A stretch of 64,000 nucleotides of DNA, from NCBI GenBank assembly GCA_035510735.1, contig DATKGN010000006.1:65429-129428 (forward strand), written 5' to 3'. Source of the DNA: Patescibacteria group bacterium. GTDB taxonomy: Bacteria; Patescibacteriota; Microgenomatia; UBA10105; UBA927. The translations under genes and the position numbers were made by a program. The first letter of the stretch is position 1. The number at the start of each line of letters is the position of its first letter. Shown piece after piece: positions 48,276 through 57,821 of this stretch. The notes beneath the pieces were generated by a model that did no database searches, had not been told where the DNA came from, and saw only the letters and a list, made by a program, of their open reading frames with translations.

Positions 48276-49501
48276 TTTCCTAAATTACGGGCATAGTGTT
48301 GGAACAGATTGCCTTTTTCTTCGAAATTTTTCCAAATGCTATAACTTGGTGAGGCGGTGGAAAGAAGACATGATGACCCTTGTGGCGTATGTTTATACGC
48401 GAAAGAAACCGCTTCTTCCATATTTGATGTTGAAAGTACGGTAAAATCTTCTTTAGGATACTCGTTCAATAATTTAAAGATAGTAATACCGCTGTCAGGA
48501 AACAATACTATATAACGTATCTCCCGTTCATGGATGAGCCGTATAAGTGATCGAAAATCATAGCCTCTGTCCTGGCCGCCCAAGAAAATTGTCTTCACGG
48601 AATCGATTGCAAGAATCGCACTTATCGTAGATTCAGGAGTGGTTGATATCGCATCGTCATAAAATGAAATCCCATGGAATATTCCGACAAGCTCCAGTCT
48701 GTGAGGCAAAGGGTGAAAGGCGCGAACGGCAGTTTGCATAATATCGGTTGGGATATCAAATATTTTTCCTACTGTAACCGCTGCACGGACATTATCATTA
48801 TTATGTTTTCCTAATAAGGGGATAACAGTATCACTGAAAGGCAATTTTTCTACATAGGGCACTGACTTTGCTTTTATTGATAACGATAATTGCTTTAACC
48901 GGTCAAACTTCGGATTAAATACGAAAAAATCTTTGGGTTTCGAAAAAGAAACGATCCTTTTTTTCGCCTCCCAATACGCCTCCACGGATCCGTGATAATT
49001 CATATGTTCGGGGAAAAAATCTATAAACACAGCTATGTGCGGTGAATAGGCAATATCATCCAGCTGATAACTTGAAAGCTCGCACACATACATGTCATCG
49101 CTTCCCTTTTCAGATAATAATTCAGTTAACATAGGCTTTCCGATATTTCCCACAAGATGAGAGCGTCGCCCCGATCCAAGCAATATGTCATGGATGAGTG
49201 AACTCGTTGTGCTTTTTCCTTTTGTTCCCGTTACGCCCACCGTAACACCCTTCGTGTTCGCAAAGAATATATTCGTTGCGGTTGTATAAGGAACATAAAT
49301 AAGTTCTTTCTTGATCCCTGGGGATTTAATTACTAAATCATATTTATCCTGCCCGGATAAATATTCCGGTCCGTCTTCTCTGTCAACAATGTCAACAGTT
49401 GCCGACGGGACTTTCTCACGTAAAAATTGTTCCGTCGATTTGCCCTCAATACCGAATCCCGCAATAAGAATTTTTTTATGTTCAAGGTCGTTCAGTTTCA
49501 T
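48272..49501 (-). CDS. murD: UDP-N-acetylmuramoylalanine--glutamate ligase
   Basis: N-terminal Rossmann GFGIEG, Mur P-loop GVTGTKGKSTT. 409 aa. Confidence 0.85.
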   Translation of the reverse strand: MKLNDLEHKKILIAGFGIEGKSTEQFLREKVPSATVDIVDREDGPEYLSGQDKYDLVIKSPGIKKELIYVPYTTATNIFFANTKGVTVGVTGTKGKSTTSSLIHDILLGSGRRSHLVGNIGKPMLTELLSEKGSDDMYVCELSSYQLDDIAYSPHIAVFIDFFPEHMNYHGSVEAYWEAKKRIVSFSKPKDFFVFNPKFDRLKQLSLSIKAKSVPYVEKLPFSDTVIPLLGKHNNDNVRAAVTVGKIFDIPTDIMQTAVRAFHPLPHRLELVGIFHGISFYDDAISTTPESTISAILAIDSVKTIFLGGQDRGYDFRSLIRLIHEREIRYIVLFPDSGITIFKLLNEYPKEDFTVLSTSNMEEAVSFAYKHTPQGSSCLLSTASPSYSIWKNFEEKGNLFQHYARNLGK

Positions 49502-50850
49502 ATCGCGGGTAGTAGAGATATAAATTCGCTAGGAATATTATGATGATCAGATGCTGACCTCGCGAACCCGGCAGATAATGGTTTTTGATTTAATAAGGTA
49601 GTGAGTGAAGGCAATAATGTTTTTATAACGATGTCGTCGTGAAACTCTCCTCGTTTCAAAATCATAGCAAACGCATACAACGACTCCTCGGGCGTTCCGA
49701 CGCATTCAAACGGTTTAAATCCCTCAACTCCTATCAGTTGTTTATACAGCCCTAAAAGACTAATGTCCGATAACAAATTTTTGTTAAAAATAGTAACGAC
49801 GGTCTCCTTTGGTAAAAAGGCAGCAAGGATGAGAAATACAAATGCACATTTTGGACAGACACCGCACCATTTTGTAGAAGGTTTTATACCGGCGATTTTA
49901 AAATTCGTATTACAACTCGTAAAAGCTTCAAAAAACTTTGGATAGTTACAAAAAATCTCAGCAACTCGAATTTCCTTAACGGGTCTCAGGAATGAAAAAC
50001 AATTCAAATCAGGAGAGATATATTTCTTTATATATTCCTGGAGTAACAGTTCAAATTCAAAAGATTTACTCCACTGATGATTAACCTCTTCCCCTAAATA
50101 TCTGACGTTTCCATAATTCGCGCTCTCTTCGTTAGAAGAAATCACATAGCGGTAATCAAACAGGACTGCTGAAAGGACACCAACCATCATATAGATGGCA
50201 GTAATAGGAATATGCCCATTATAAACCTGAGGTTCCTTATTCAACTGAAATAGTTGGGGATCAATTAATCTCCCCACAGTCATAGCAGGCTTACCTAGAA
50301 TTCCCGCCACGTCAGATTGAATCGCGTGTTTATTTAGAGTAAATAGTGAAAATTCTTTGTGAGATTTTGCCAGTAACTCTGACGTAACAATTGAATCCTT
50401 TCCTGCACCAAGCAGGACAAGTGATCTGTTCATGAATGATTTCCGGGGTAATTGAGGGCGAAGCCGATCGTCAAACGGGAACTGAAGCAACTTTCGAAAA
50501 TCGATGGAATTCTTATAATAAAATTCCCCGAGTCCCTTCGTATACAGAATATTCCAAAAATCAGCCTGTTTCCGCGTAAGACTGTATGTTTCTATAGATA
50601 TTTTTTTCGGGCTATACGTCTTCCAGTAGCTGATCCCTAAAACGAGATGAAGCATTTGCAGTACTCCCGAAAGAGTTTCCTTCTCCACATCCCGGAGAAC
50701 ATCTTTTGTAACATTTAGAATAGTGAGGCGTTCAGTAAAATTGTATGAATTCCGTGCAGTTTGAAGTGTATAGTGAAAATCAATTGTTCCTTCGGTTAAC
50801 CGCGCTTCATATCGGGTAAAAATAAAATGGGTATTAGTCTGTTGACCCAT
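49498..50850 (-). CDS. Uncharacterised ~450-aa protein with a PP-loop-like motif and a CxxCxxC motif, embedded between mraY and murD
   Basis: LLGAGKDSIVTSELLAK resembles the SGGxDS PP-loop context seen in ThiI/AsnB-type enzymes. C-terminal CGVCPKC. Start uncertain: 50850, 50898 or 50934. Confidence 0.55.
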   Translation of the reverse strand: MGQQTNTHFIFTRYEARLTEGTIDFHYTLQTARNSYNFTERLTILNVTKDVLRDVEKETLSGVLQMLHLVLGISYWKTYSPKKISIETYSLTRKQADFWNILYTKGLGEFYYKNSIDFRKLLQFPFDDRLRPQLPRKSFMNRSLVLLGAGKDSIVTSELLAKSHKEFSLFTLNKHAIQSDVAGILGKPAMTVGRLIDPQLFQLNKEPQVYNGHIPITAIYMMVGVLSAVLFDYRYVISSNEESANYGNVRYLGEEVNHQWSKSFEFELLLQEYIKKYISPDLNCFSFLRPVKEIRVAEIFCNYPKFFEAFTSCNTNFKIAGIKPSTKWCGVCPKCAFVFLILAAFLPKETVVTIFNKNLLSDISLLGLYKQLIGVEGFKPFECVGTPEESLYAFAMILKRGEFHDDIVIKTLLPSLTTLLNQKPLSAGFARSASDHHNIPSEFISLLPAI

Positions 50851-50861
50851 ATGCTTGGTAT

Positions 50862-51911
50862 CTAATACAGCGGCTGTTTCGTGATGAGAGACAGCCATAA
50901 TCCGAATACGGCAAATACGATGCTGATGATCCAAAACCGCATGACAATTTTAGGCTCCGGCCACCCGTTGTATTGAAGCCACAAGTGAAGCGGTGCCACA
51001 GAAAAAAGTTTTCTTCCGAAAAACTTTTTCCAAAATAATTGCAGAAATGATGATGAGACCTCAACAACGAATACAGCGCCTATGATAACGAGTGCGGGAG
51101 CTTTACCCAGAATTAACCCGACAACGGCGAGTGTTGCGCCGAATGATAACGCTCCAACGTCGCCGAGAAAAATTCTTGCCGGAAAAATATTGAAATACAA
51201 AAATGCGATAAGGCTTCCGAGCCAAATCGCGATAAATACGGAGAGTGGCGAATCAAGAATCGACGCGGAAATAATCCAAAATGCGGTAAGTGCGATAAGA
51301 AGAACTCCCGAAGCCATACCGTCTAATCCATCTGTAATATTAAATGCGTTCGCAAACGCGATAATGATAAACGAGGATATAAGAATATATATCCAACCTA
51401 TATGAATCGTACCGTAAAGCGGAACGTAAAATATATCAATTTTTAAATCGTGCACAAGCCAATAGCTGATGATGCCAGCTAAGATGATCTCTAATATTAA
51501 TTTGTGGCGAAGACGAAGCCCAAAAAAACCTGTGGACGCCCATAAAAACGTTTTTTTTGCATCATCAAGTAAACCCAATAGGCCAAATGAAACAAATGTA
51601 AAAAGAATAATTTTAATTTCGGACACCATGGGATACACTGAGGTTATCGGAATCCAAAAGTACCTCATGATGAGAAGGGCAAGCGGAACGATGATGGTCG
51701 TCAATAGAATGATCAGTACGCCTCCTCCAACCGGAGTGCCTGCCTTTTTCTGATGAAACCGGTCAAAAATAGGGGTCCGTTTATCAAACGCATCCAGCGT
51801 TTTTTGCCTTAGTCGCTGAAATCGCCATTTATACAACAGCCGGATAAACGGAACATAAAGCAAACTCGCACAAAACCAGGAAAATAATAATAAACCAAGT
51901 AAAAATCCCAT
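50862..51911 (-). CDS. mraY: Phospho-N-acetylmuramoyl-pentapeptide transferase
   Basis: About 10 TM helices, motifs NAFNITDGLDG and DVGALSFGA. Start trimmed to MGFLLGL. Confidence 0.85.
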   Translation of the reverse strand: MGFLLGLLLFSWFCASLLYVPFIRLLYKWRFQRLRQKTLDAFDKRTPIFDRFHQKKAGTPVGGGVLIILLTTIIVPLALLIMRYFWIPITSVYPMVSEIKIILFTFVSFGLLGLLDDAKKTFLWASTGFFGLRLRHKLILEIILAGIISYWLVHDLKIDIFYVPLYGTIHIGWIYILISSFIIIAFANAFNITDGLDGMASGVLLIALTAFWIISASILDSPLSVFIAIWLGSLIAFLYFNIFPARIFLGDVGALSFGATLAVVGLILGKAPALVIIGAVFVVEVSSSFLQLFWKKFFGRKLFSVAPLHLWLQYNGWPEPKIVMRFWIISIVFAVFGLWLSLITKQPLY

Positions 51912-51915
51912 AGCG

Positions 51916-52290
51916 TTATATTCCGAAACGGGGCGCCAGATAAGGCAGATATATTGTGCAAGCGACAATCACGGCACCCATTGCTATCATGAGCATCATA
52001 CCTGCAGATACGTCTTTTGCTATTCTCGCCTCCTCCCTCCATTCTTTCGTAATTAAATCTGTCATCGCCTCCAACGCGGTGTTAATCATCTCCCCTGCCA
52101 AACCCAACATAACCGTAAACACAATGATTGCCATTTCTACGGAGGTGATATGCAGATAAATACCTAGTAAAACGGCAAAACCAGCGAGAGTCAAATGAAC
52201 CCGGAAATTAGGTTGGGTCGTGAGTGCCCACATAAGACCCCGAAACGCGTTCTTAAATGAAATATGATGCTGTCGTAACGCCCTCATCAT
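51916..52290 (-). CDS. dgkA: Diacylglycerol/undecaprenol kinase family protein
   Basis: 124 aa, 3 TM helices, EMINTALEA motif. Confidence 0.7.
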   Translation of the reverse strand: MMRALRQHHISFKNAFRGLMWALTTQPNFRVHLTLAGFAVLLGIYLHITSVEMAIIVFTVMLGLAGEMINTALEAMTDLITKEWREEARIAKDVSAGMMLMIAMGAVIVACTIYLPYLAPRFGI

Positions 52291-52345
52291 AAAAGTTCCC
52301 TCTTTCTAAGTATAGAGTTTCAGGCAAAGAAACACAAACCGGGGA

Positions 52346-53356
52346 CTAGTATCCCCGAAGCTTGCGTCGTACGGCTTCAATGGATTTCGGAATCAAATAG
52401 AACGGGGAAAACGCATAGTCCTGAGCGTGAATATAGTTTATTTCACGTCCTCCGAATCCCTTTTTGAACAGTGTTATTCCCCGCCATGGGTGGTTTGGCT
52501 TATCATCAGGCGCTATTCCATAAAAATTGTATACTATAATTCCTCTTTTTTTAGCCTCACGAATCGCCTCCCATTGCACGAGATATGAAACCGGGGTTTT
52601 ACTCATGAGTGAGGCACCATGATGATAAATCGCCTGATTTCCGTAAAATAACAGTATTGTGCTAGCAATGAGATCCTTACCATCAAATCCAAGTAATAAC
52701 AACGCGTTATTCTCTTTGGCAAACAATTCAAATTCCTCAGAAATTGACGTATGAGCAACGAAACCATGCCTCCTTGATGTTTCCTCATATAGTTTGTAAA
52801 AATACCGTAAATCCTTCTTCTCTGTCGTCTTCACAACCCTGACGCCCAGCTTTTGCGCTTGACGGATCTCATATCGCGTCGTCTTGCGCATCCCCATAAG
52901 GAGTTCCTCTTCAGTTTTATTTAAATCCAGTACCCAACAACGCTCTGCGTCCACTTCATGTATAGAGGCCGGAATAAAGTGCAACTCCGACAAAAATTTG
53001 TGAGCTTCCGGCGTATTTATAATAAGCGGACTAACCCGCAAAAACCATGCGTGTTCTTTCAGGGCCAGCGGCTTCAACAGAGAAATAAATTCTCGCCAAA
53101 AGGCATTCGTTTGATCCCGCCAAATCGGTCCGTGACGCACATGCAGGAATGTCCCTCTTCGCGCACGGACAACAAAAATCTGCGCAATGCCGATTAATGT
53201 ATTGTTGTCAAAAATCCCAAGCCTATGGACGGTCTGACCGGTTTTTTTCTGCACTTCACCCCAAGTCCAACTCTGAAACAAAGCCTCAGGAGAATTTGTA
53301 AGGAGAAAATTTTCCCATTGTTTCATTGAATCAATTGATGTCAATCGCAAGTTCAT
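52346..53356 (-). CDS. FemAB-family peptidoglycan interpeptide-bridge aminoacyltransferase
   Basis: QSWTWGEV... N-terminus and a 336-aa two-GNAT-like fold typical of FemX/FemAB. Confidence 0.7.
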   Translation of the reverse strand: MNLRLTSIDSMKQWENFLLTNSPEALFQSWTWGEVQKKTGQTVHRLGIFDNNTLIGIAQIFVVRARRGTFLHVRHGPIWRDQTNAFWREFISLLKPLALKEHAWFLRVSPLIINTPEAHKFLSELHFIPASIHEVDAERCWVLDLNKTEEELLMGMRKTTRYEIRQAQKLGVRVVKTTEKKDLRYFYKLYEETSRRHGFVAHTSISEEFELFAKENNALLLLGFDGKDLIASTILLFYGNQAIYHHGASLMSKTPVSYLVQWEAIREAKKRGIIVYNFYGIAPDDKPNHPWRGITLFKKGFGGREINYIHAQDYAFSPFYLIPKSIEAVRRKLRGY

Positions 53357-53392
53357 GGTTGTATTGTACCTTAGACAGCCTAGTAATTGAAT

Positions 53393-53731
53393 CTATGAGC
53401 GCACGAGTGAATGAAGTATCGTCGAAATAATAGAAAGAAGTATTGAACCGATAAGCGCCGTTACAAAGCCGTCTACTTTAAATCCTGGAGTCAACGCGCT
53501 TGCTAAAAGCAGCATACATGCATTAATAACAAATGTAAAAAGCCCGAGCGTAATGATCGTAATCGGCAAAGTCAAAAGAAGGAAAACCGGCTTCACAAGA
53601 GCATTGACTAACCCGATAACTGCGGCAGCTATAAGCGCTGACCAAAAATCGTGTATATGGATCCCCTGTAGAATTCTAGAGACCAAATATAATGCGACAG
53701 CATTTAAAAACCAATTGGCGATGAATTTCAT
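53393..53731 (-). CDS. Four-TM phage holin superfamily IV-like membrane protein
   Basis: 112 aa with a GLVNALVKPVFLLLTLPITIITLGLF core. Confidence 0.6.
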   Translation of the reverse strand: MKFIANWFLNAVALYLVSRILQGIHIHDFWSALIAAAVIGLVNALVKPVFLLLTLPITIITLGLFTFVINACMLLLASALTPGFKVDGFVTALIGSILLSIISTILHSLVRS

Positions 53732-54390
53732 ATCACTATTCTATGATACACTTTTTCATCCTTCACCGTCGTTGTTTCACCATGACCCGGATAAAGAACG
53801 GTAGCACTCGGAAAACGCAAAATTCTATGGATTGAATGATCAATTTCAGCTTTACTCGAGTAAGAAAAATCAGTTCTCCCGATAGCTCCCTGCGCAAAGA
53901 TTGTATCCCCGACAAAAACAGAATTACTTGATGAAAGTGATAAACATACGCTCCCCGGAGTATGACCCGAAGTTGACAATACAGAAACGAAGCTTTGGCC
54001 AAACTGTATTTTATCCCCATTTGTCATAAGATGATCTACCTTCGGTGGAGCTTCTATGACAACATGTTCTAAGAAATACTCAGCGGTTTCCTTCATCCGT
54101 TTAACCAAAAATGCATCAGCTTCATGTATATAAAATGGAATATGATAAATCATTTGAAGCTCACTGACCCCCATAATGTGATCAAAATGGCCATGAGTTG
54201 CAATAATCCCCGTAGGGATACAGTGCAGTTGTTCTGCCTGTTCTGCTATATAATTCCCCTCGTCGCCCGGGTCAATAATAATTGTTTTGTCAGTTGAAGT
54301 ATCTGTGACAAGATAACAATTTTCTTCCATCTTACCTACTGTAAATGTACGTATCCGTACCGGTGATACGCTCATTTTTTTCATACGCAT
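53728..54390 (-). CDS. MBL-fold metallo-hydrolase
   Basis: ATHGHFDH (HxHxDH) motif. 220 aa. Confidence 0.75.
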   Translation of the reverse strand: MRMKKMSVSPVRIRTFTVGKMEENCYLVTDTSTDKTIIIDPGDEGNYIAEQAEQLHCIPTGIIATHGHFDHIMGVSELQMIYHIPFYIHEADAFLVKRMKETAEYFLEHVVIEAPPKVDHLMTNGDKIQFGQSFVSVLSTSGHTPGSVCLSLSSSNSVFVGDTIFAQGAIGRTDFSYSSKAEIDHSIHRILRFPSATVLYPGHGETTTVKDEKVYHRIVI

Positions 54391-55616
54391 TTCTTTATAA
54401 CAAAGTCAATCTGCCGGGAAGTTAAGAGCGTCGGGAAATTAAGAATGTGTTTGGCAACCGACTCCGCACGTGGACAGGAGCCGCGAACGTATGATACGGA
54501 CTTAAAATCAACCCCAACCGGATCAATAACATTATGGTACCAGTTTCCAAGTAATATTCCTTCATTCTTTGCATTACGTCGGAGGCGTTCCGGATCAACC
54601 GCCAAAACCGGAAATCTCAGATATATAGATTCCTTCGGATATGAAAGAAGCTCAAATCCTTTGGCCTTTTCCAAAACTGTAATGTATTTCGCCGCACGCT
54701 CTTTACGGATTGCATTGTACCTAGTCAATTTCGCAAGCTGTTTTGTGAGCAACAGCGCTAAACCGTTCGGATACTTAGCGGGGAAGTCTATTGGTTTCCT
54801 CCCTTGCTTTTCAATAGGATATACCGGAAATGACAAAAGTTTAATTCGTTGAGATAAAACAAGAATTACCTTTCCTAATCCGATATTGTAGATGGGCAAA
54901 ATTATAGAAAAAACAACCGGATGAATTAATTGCTGGAAAACCCAAAAACGTGATGGGTATAACAGGTGTTTGTGAAAGTTTTTTAATTTTGTCCATGTTT
55001 CACCGTGAGATTTAGAAATAATCGCCATGCCGCCAAAAACGCTTGATAGTACCTTATCGCGGCCGAAACTGAAAAATGCGGCATCTCCGAATGTACCAAC
55101 CTTCCTTCCTTGGAACGTTACCCCCAAACTATGCGCACAATCTTCTATAACAAATAAATGATGCTTCCGCGCAAATGTCATAACCGAATTCATATCTGCG
55201 GGGAGTCCCAATGTATGCTGCACAATAATAGCCCTGGTTCTTTTCGTTACTTTCTTTGCCGCATCGACAATATCAATGTTGAGCGTCGCGTCAATATCAA
55301 CATATACCGGCTTCGCTCCTGTCCACAAAACACTGTTCGGTACTGCAACACACGTAAATGCCTGAACTAACACTTCATCATTTCGACCGATGTTAAATGC
55401 ATCTAAAAGTGCATAGAGAGCGGACCTGCCGCTATTGAATGATAGTGCGTGATTACCTGAAAAATTCCTTTCAAACCATTCTTCCGTACGTCGCACCGCA
55501 CTTCCACGCATCCACCGCCACGGTGAAAGAAGTATCTGCAGGGTTAGCCACACATCATCAGACTCTGTGTTAGGGGATAATGATCCTGAAATTACTTTTC
55601 GAAAATATTTTAGCAT
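54381..55616 (-). CDS. DegT/DnrJ/EryC1/StrS-family PLP-dependent sugar aminotransferase
   Basis: FSFGRDKVL lysine motif and an AAT-fold N-terminus. 411 aa. Confidence 0.8.
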   Translation of the reverse strand: MLKYFRKVISGSLSPNTESDDVWLTLQILLSPWRWMRGSAVRRTEEWFERNFSGNHALSFNSGRSALYALLDAFNIGRNDEVLVQAFTCVAVPNSVLWTGAKPVYVDIDATLNIDIVDAAKKVTKRTRAIIVQHTLGLPADMNSVMTFARKHHLFVIEDCAHSLGVTFQGRKVGTFGDAAFFSFGRDKVLSSVFGGMAIISKSHGETWTKLKNFHKHLLYPSRFWVFQQLIHPVVFSIILPIYNIGLGKVILVLSQRIKLLSFPVYPIEKQGRKPIDFPAKYPNGLALLLTKQLAKLTRYNAIRKERAAKYITVLEKAKGFELLSYPKESIYLRFPVLAVDPERLRRNAKNEGILLGNWYHNVIDPVGVDFKSVSYVRGSCPRAESVAKHILNFPTLLTSRQIDFVIKKCV

Positions 55617-55628
55617 AGATCTACAAAG

Positions 55629-57089
55629 CTATTTTAGTGATAATCGTAATGCTTTCGCCGCCTCTCTCCCTTTAAATAAGACTGTGTCTCCGCTTGAAAC
55701 CGTACTTTCAATATATTTCGCGGTATCTACGGATGACATAACTGCTACTTTCATTTGTCTGTTTGATGACCTAGCCCCCGCCATAAACGACTTATTATAA
55801 TTTGCGTTTGTTAAAATAATACTATCGCATGTGTTTCCCGCATACGCCCCTATCTCACGATGACTCTCCTGCGCATATGAACCTAACTCAATCATAGGCT
55901 GAAAGACGAGAAATTTTTTACCTTTTCTTGTCGATAAAAAATCGATTGCAGCCTTTGCCGCATCAGGATTATTGTTAAATGTATCATCTATAAACAAAGA
56001 CCTGTTTATACCCTTTATTGGGGTCATTGTCTTATCGAAAGGATGAATCAAACGGCATGCCCGCGCCGCCTCATCTAGGGTCATACCACTCTCAATGGCA
56101 ACTGCAAGGGCAGCCAAAACATTGCTAGCCTGATGGAGGCCGTATAATGTTGCGACGATTTGCGTAGACGTTTTGCCGAAGTGATATATAAACTTAAGAC
56201 CTCTTTCTGAGGAGGTTATTTGATCAGCCCGATACTCAGCCTGTACTGATTGTGCAGATTTTTTTGTTGTATATAACCGTACACTTACTCCATCCTTTCT
56301 TGCCCATCCTGACATTGTCCGTGTGAATTCATTATCCGCATTAAAGAGTGCAACTCGCTTACCAGATAAACCGCGGATCAGTTCATACTTCGCTTTCATG
56401 GTCGTCTCAATACTGCCAAATAAATCCTGATGTTGTGCATTAATCGCAGTCACGACACCGATTTCGGGCCTTACTATTGAACACATCCGTTCGATTTCCC
56501 CCCGTTTGTATGCCCCCATCTCAACCACAAATACCTCATGCTCCGGACGTAATCTTTGTATGACTGTTTCGGCAATTGCAATAGGAGAATTTTTACTTGC
56601 TTCCGTCTTAAGAGTTCTATATTTCTGACTCAGAATGGTATATAAAACCTCTTTGGTTGATGTTTTACCGTAGCTGCCGGTTATACCAATAACGAGCATT
56701 TTTTTATGCGATCGGAGAATATTTGTGGCTTTCCGGATAAGATATTCGTGATACAGATATATCGGAATTTTTGAGAGAAACACCATGAATGCGCTAATCG
56801 GAAACGATAGCAAATCGACAATAAGTAATCTGATAAGAAAAGAAGGTGTTACCATCGACACAAATCCGCCAACGATAATACAGCTTCCGGTAAAAACGAA
56901 TAACGCCCTCGGACCAAACGGTGGTTTTCGAAAACGGGGAAATAAAATGTTTTTTCCTTCTCGGGTATGAAGATGAATAATCATCCGGTCAAAACGATAC
57001 TCTTTTACATACCAAAGAGCCGTATACGTTAATAAATTACAAATAATTCTTATAATCCAAACGATCGCTATTATATATATAAGTAACAT
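55629..57089 (-). CDS. murF: UDP-MurNAc-tripeptide--D-Ala-D-Ala ligase with three predicted N-terminal TM helices
   Basis: Mur P-loop GITGSYGKTSTKE and a MurF-like C-terminal MIELGSYAQESHREIG. The first ~125 aa are hydrophobic helices in place of the usual N-terminal domain. Confidence 0.75.
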   Translation of the reverse strand: MLLIYIIAIVWIIRIICNLLTYTALWYVKEYRFDRMIIHLHTREGKNILFPRFRKPPFGPRALFVFTGSCIIVGGFVSMVTPSFLIRLLIVDLLSFPISAFMVFLSKIPIYLYHEYLIRKATNILRSHKKMLVIGITGSYGKTSTKEVLYTILSQKYRTLKTEASKNSPIAIAETVIQRLRPEHEVFVVEMGAYKRGEIERMCSIVRPEIGVVTAINAQHQDLFGSIETTMKAKYELIRGLSGKRVALFNADNEFTRTMSGWARKDGVSVRLYTTKKSAQSVQAEYRADQITSSERGLKFIYHFGKTSTQIVATLYGLHQASNVLAALAVAIESGMTLDEAARACRLIHPFDKTMTPIKGINRSLFIDDTFNNNPDAAKAAIDFLSTRKGKKFLVFQPMIELGSYAQESHREIGAYAGNTCDSIILTNANYNKSFMAGARSSNRQMKVAVMSSVDTAKYIESTVSSGDTVLFKGREAAKALRLSLK

Positions 57090-57094
57090 AGAGA

Positions 57095-57808
57095 CTACAA
57101 AAATTTGCGGATCGCATTAAAAAAGATTTCCGGTTGTTTGTACGATACCCCATGATCCGCATCAGGTATGACGACAATATTAGCTTGAGGAATAATTTCT
57201 TTCATTTTTTTCGCAATCCACAAAGGCGTTATACGGTCATTTGCTCCCCACGCGAGCACGCAGGGCACCATAACTTTACGCAAACAGGGCATAAGATCCT
57301 CCTGAACAATAATTTTAAACGTTTCCCGCATGACGCCCTTTGCCCGATAAAAGTCGCGGGCGCCGACAACGTAGTAATACCAGGATCGTACCCGATCCTC
57401 AAAAAAACTGAACGGTGGGGCTGAGGAGATAAATTTTCCAATTTTCGCAATGGTTATAAAGAAAATGAGTCTTCTTCGCGGCACTGGTGTAAATCCGGGA
57501 GTTCCGGTTAAAACAAGCATCTTGGTTGCCCTCGGATACAACAGTTGATATTTCAAAGCAACTCTCCCACCGAATGAATGACCGATAAGTATGGGTTTAT
57601 CAATATGATTATTATTCACAAACACATAAAGAAAATCTGCGTAATCTTTTAATGCCAGAGCCTTTGTTGGCATTACTGATTTGCCGAAACCGGGCAAATC
57701 CGGCACAAATACTTTATATTTTTTCCTATCAAACAACTGCGCGAGTAGTTGAAATTTACCAGATGACAGCCCCCACCCGTGAAGTATGATAACTGGTTGT
57801 TTACCCAT
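57095..57808 (-). CDS. Alpha/beta-fold hydrolase
   Basis: GHSFGG nucleophile elbow. Start trimmed to MGKQPVIILHGWG. Confidence 0.7.
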   Translation of the reverse strand: MGKQPVIILHGWGLSSGKFQLLAQLFDRKKYKVFVPDLPGFGKSVMPTKALALKDYADFLYVFVNNNHIDKPILIGHSFGGRVALKYQLLYPRATKMLVLTGTPGFTPVPRRRLIFFITIAKIGKFISSAPPFSFFEDRVRSWYYYVVGARDFYRAKGVMRETFKIIVQEDLMPCLRKVMVPCVLAWGANDRITPLWIAKKMKEIIPQANIVVIPDADHGVSYKQPEIFFNAIRKFL

Positions 57809-57821
57809 ATGATTTGCCCGT

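Noticed and set aside
49498-50934. Confident naming of the PP-loop-like protein as MurL, ThiI or asparagine synthetase.
   Set aside because: Only a degenerate SGGxDS-like motif and a CxxCxxC motif are visible by eye. Homology cannot be verified without a search, so it is called only as an uncharacterised PP-loop-like protein.
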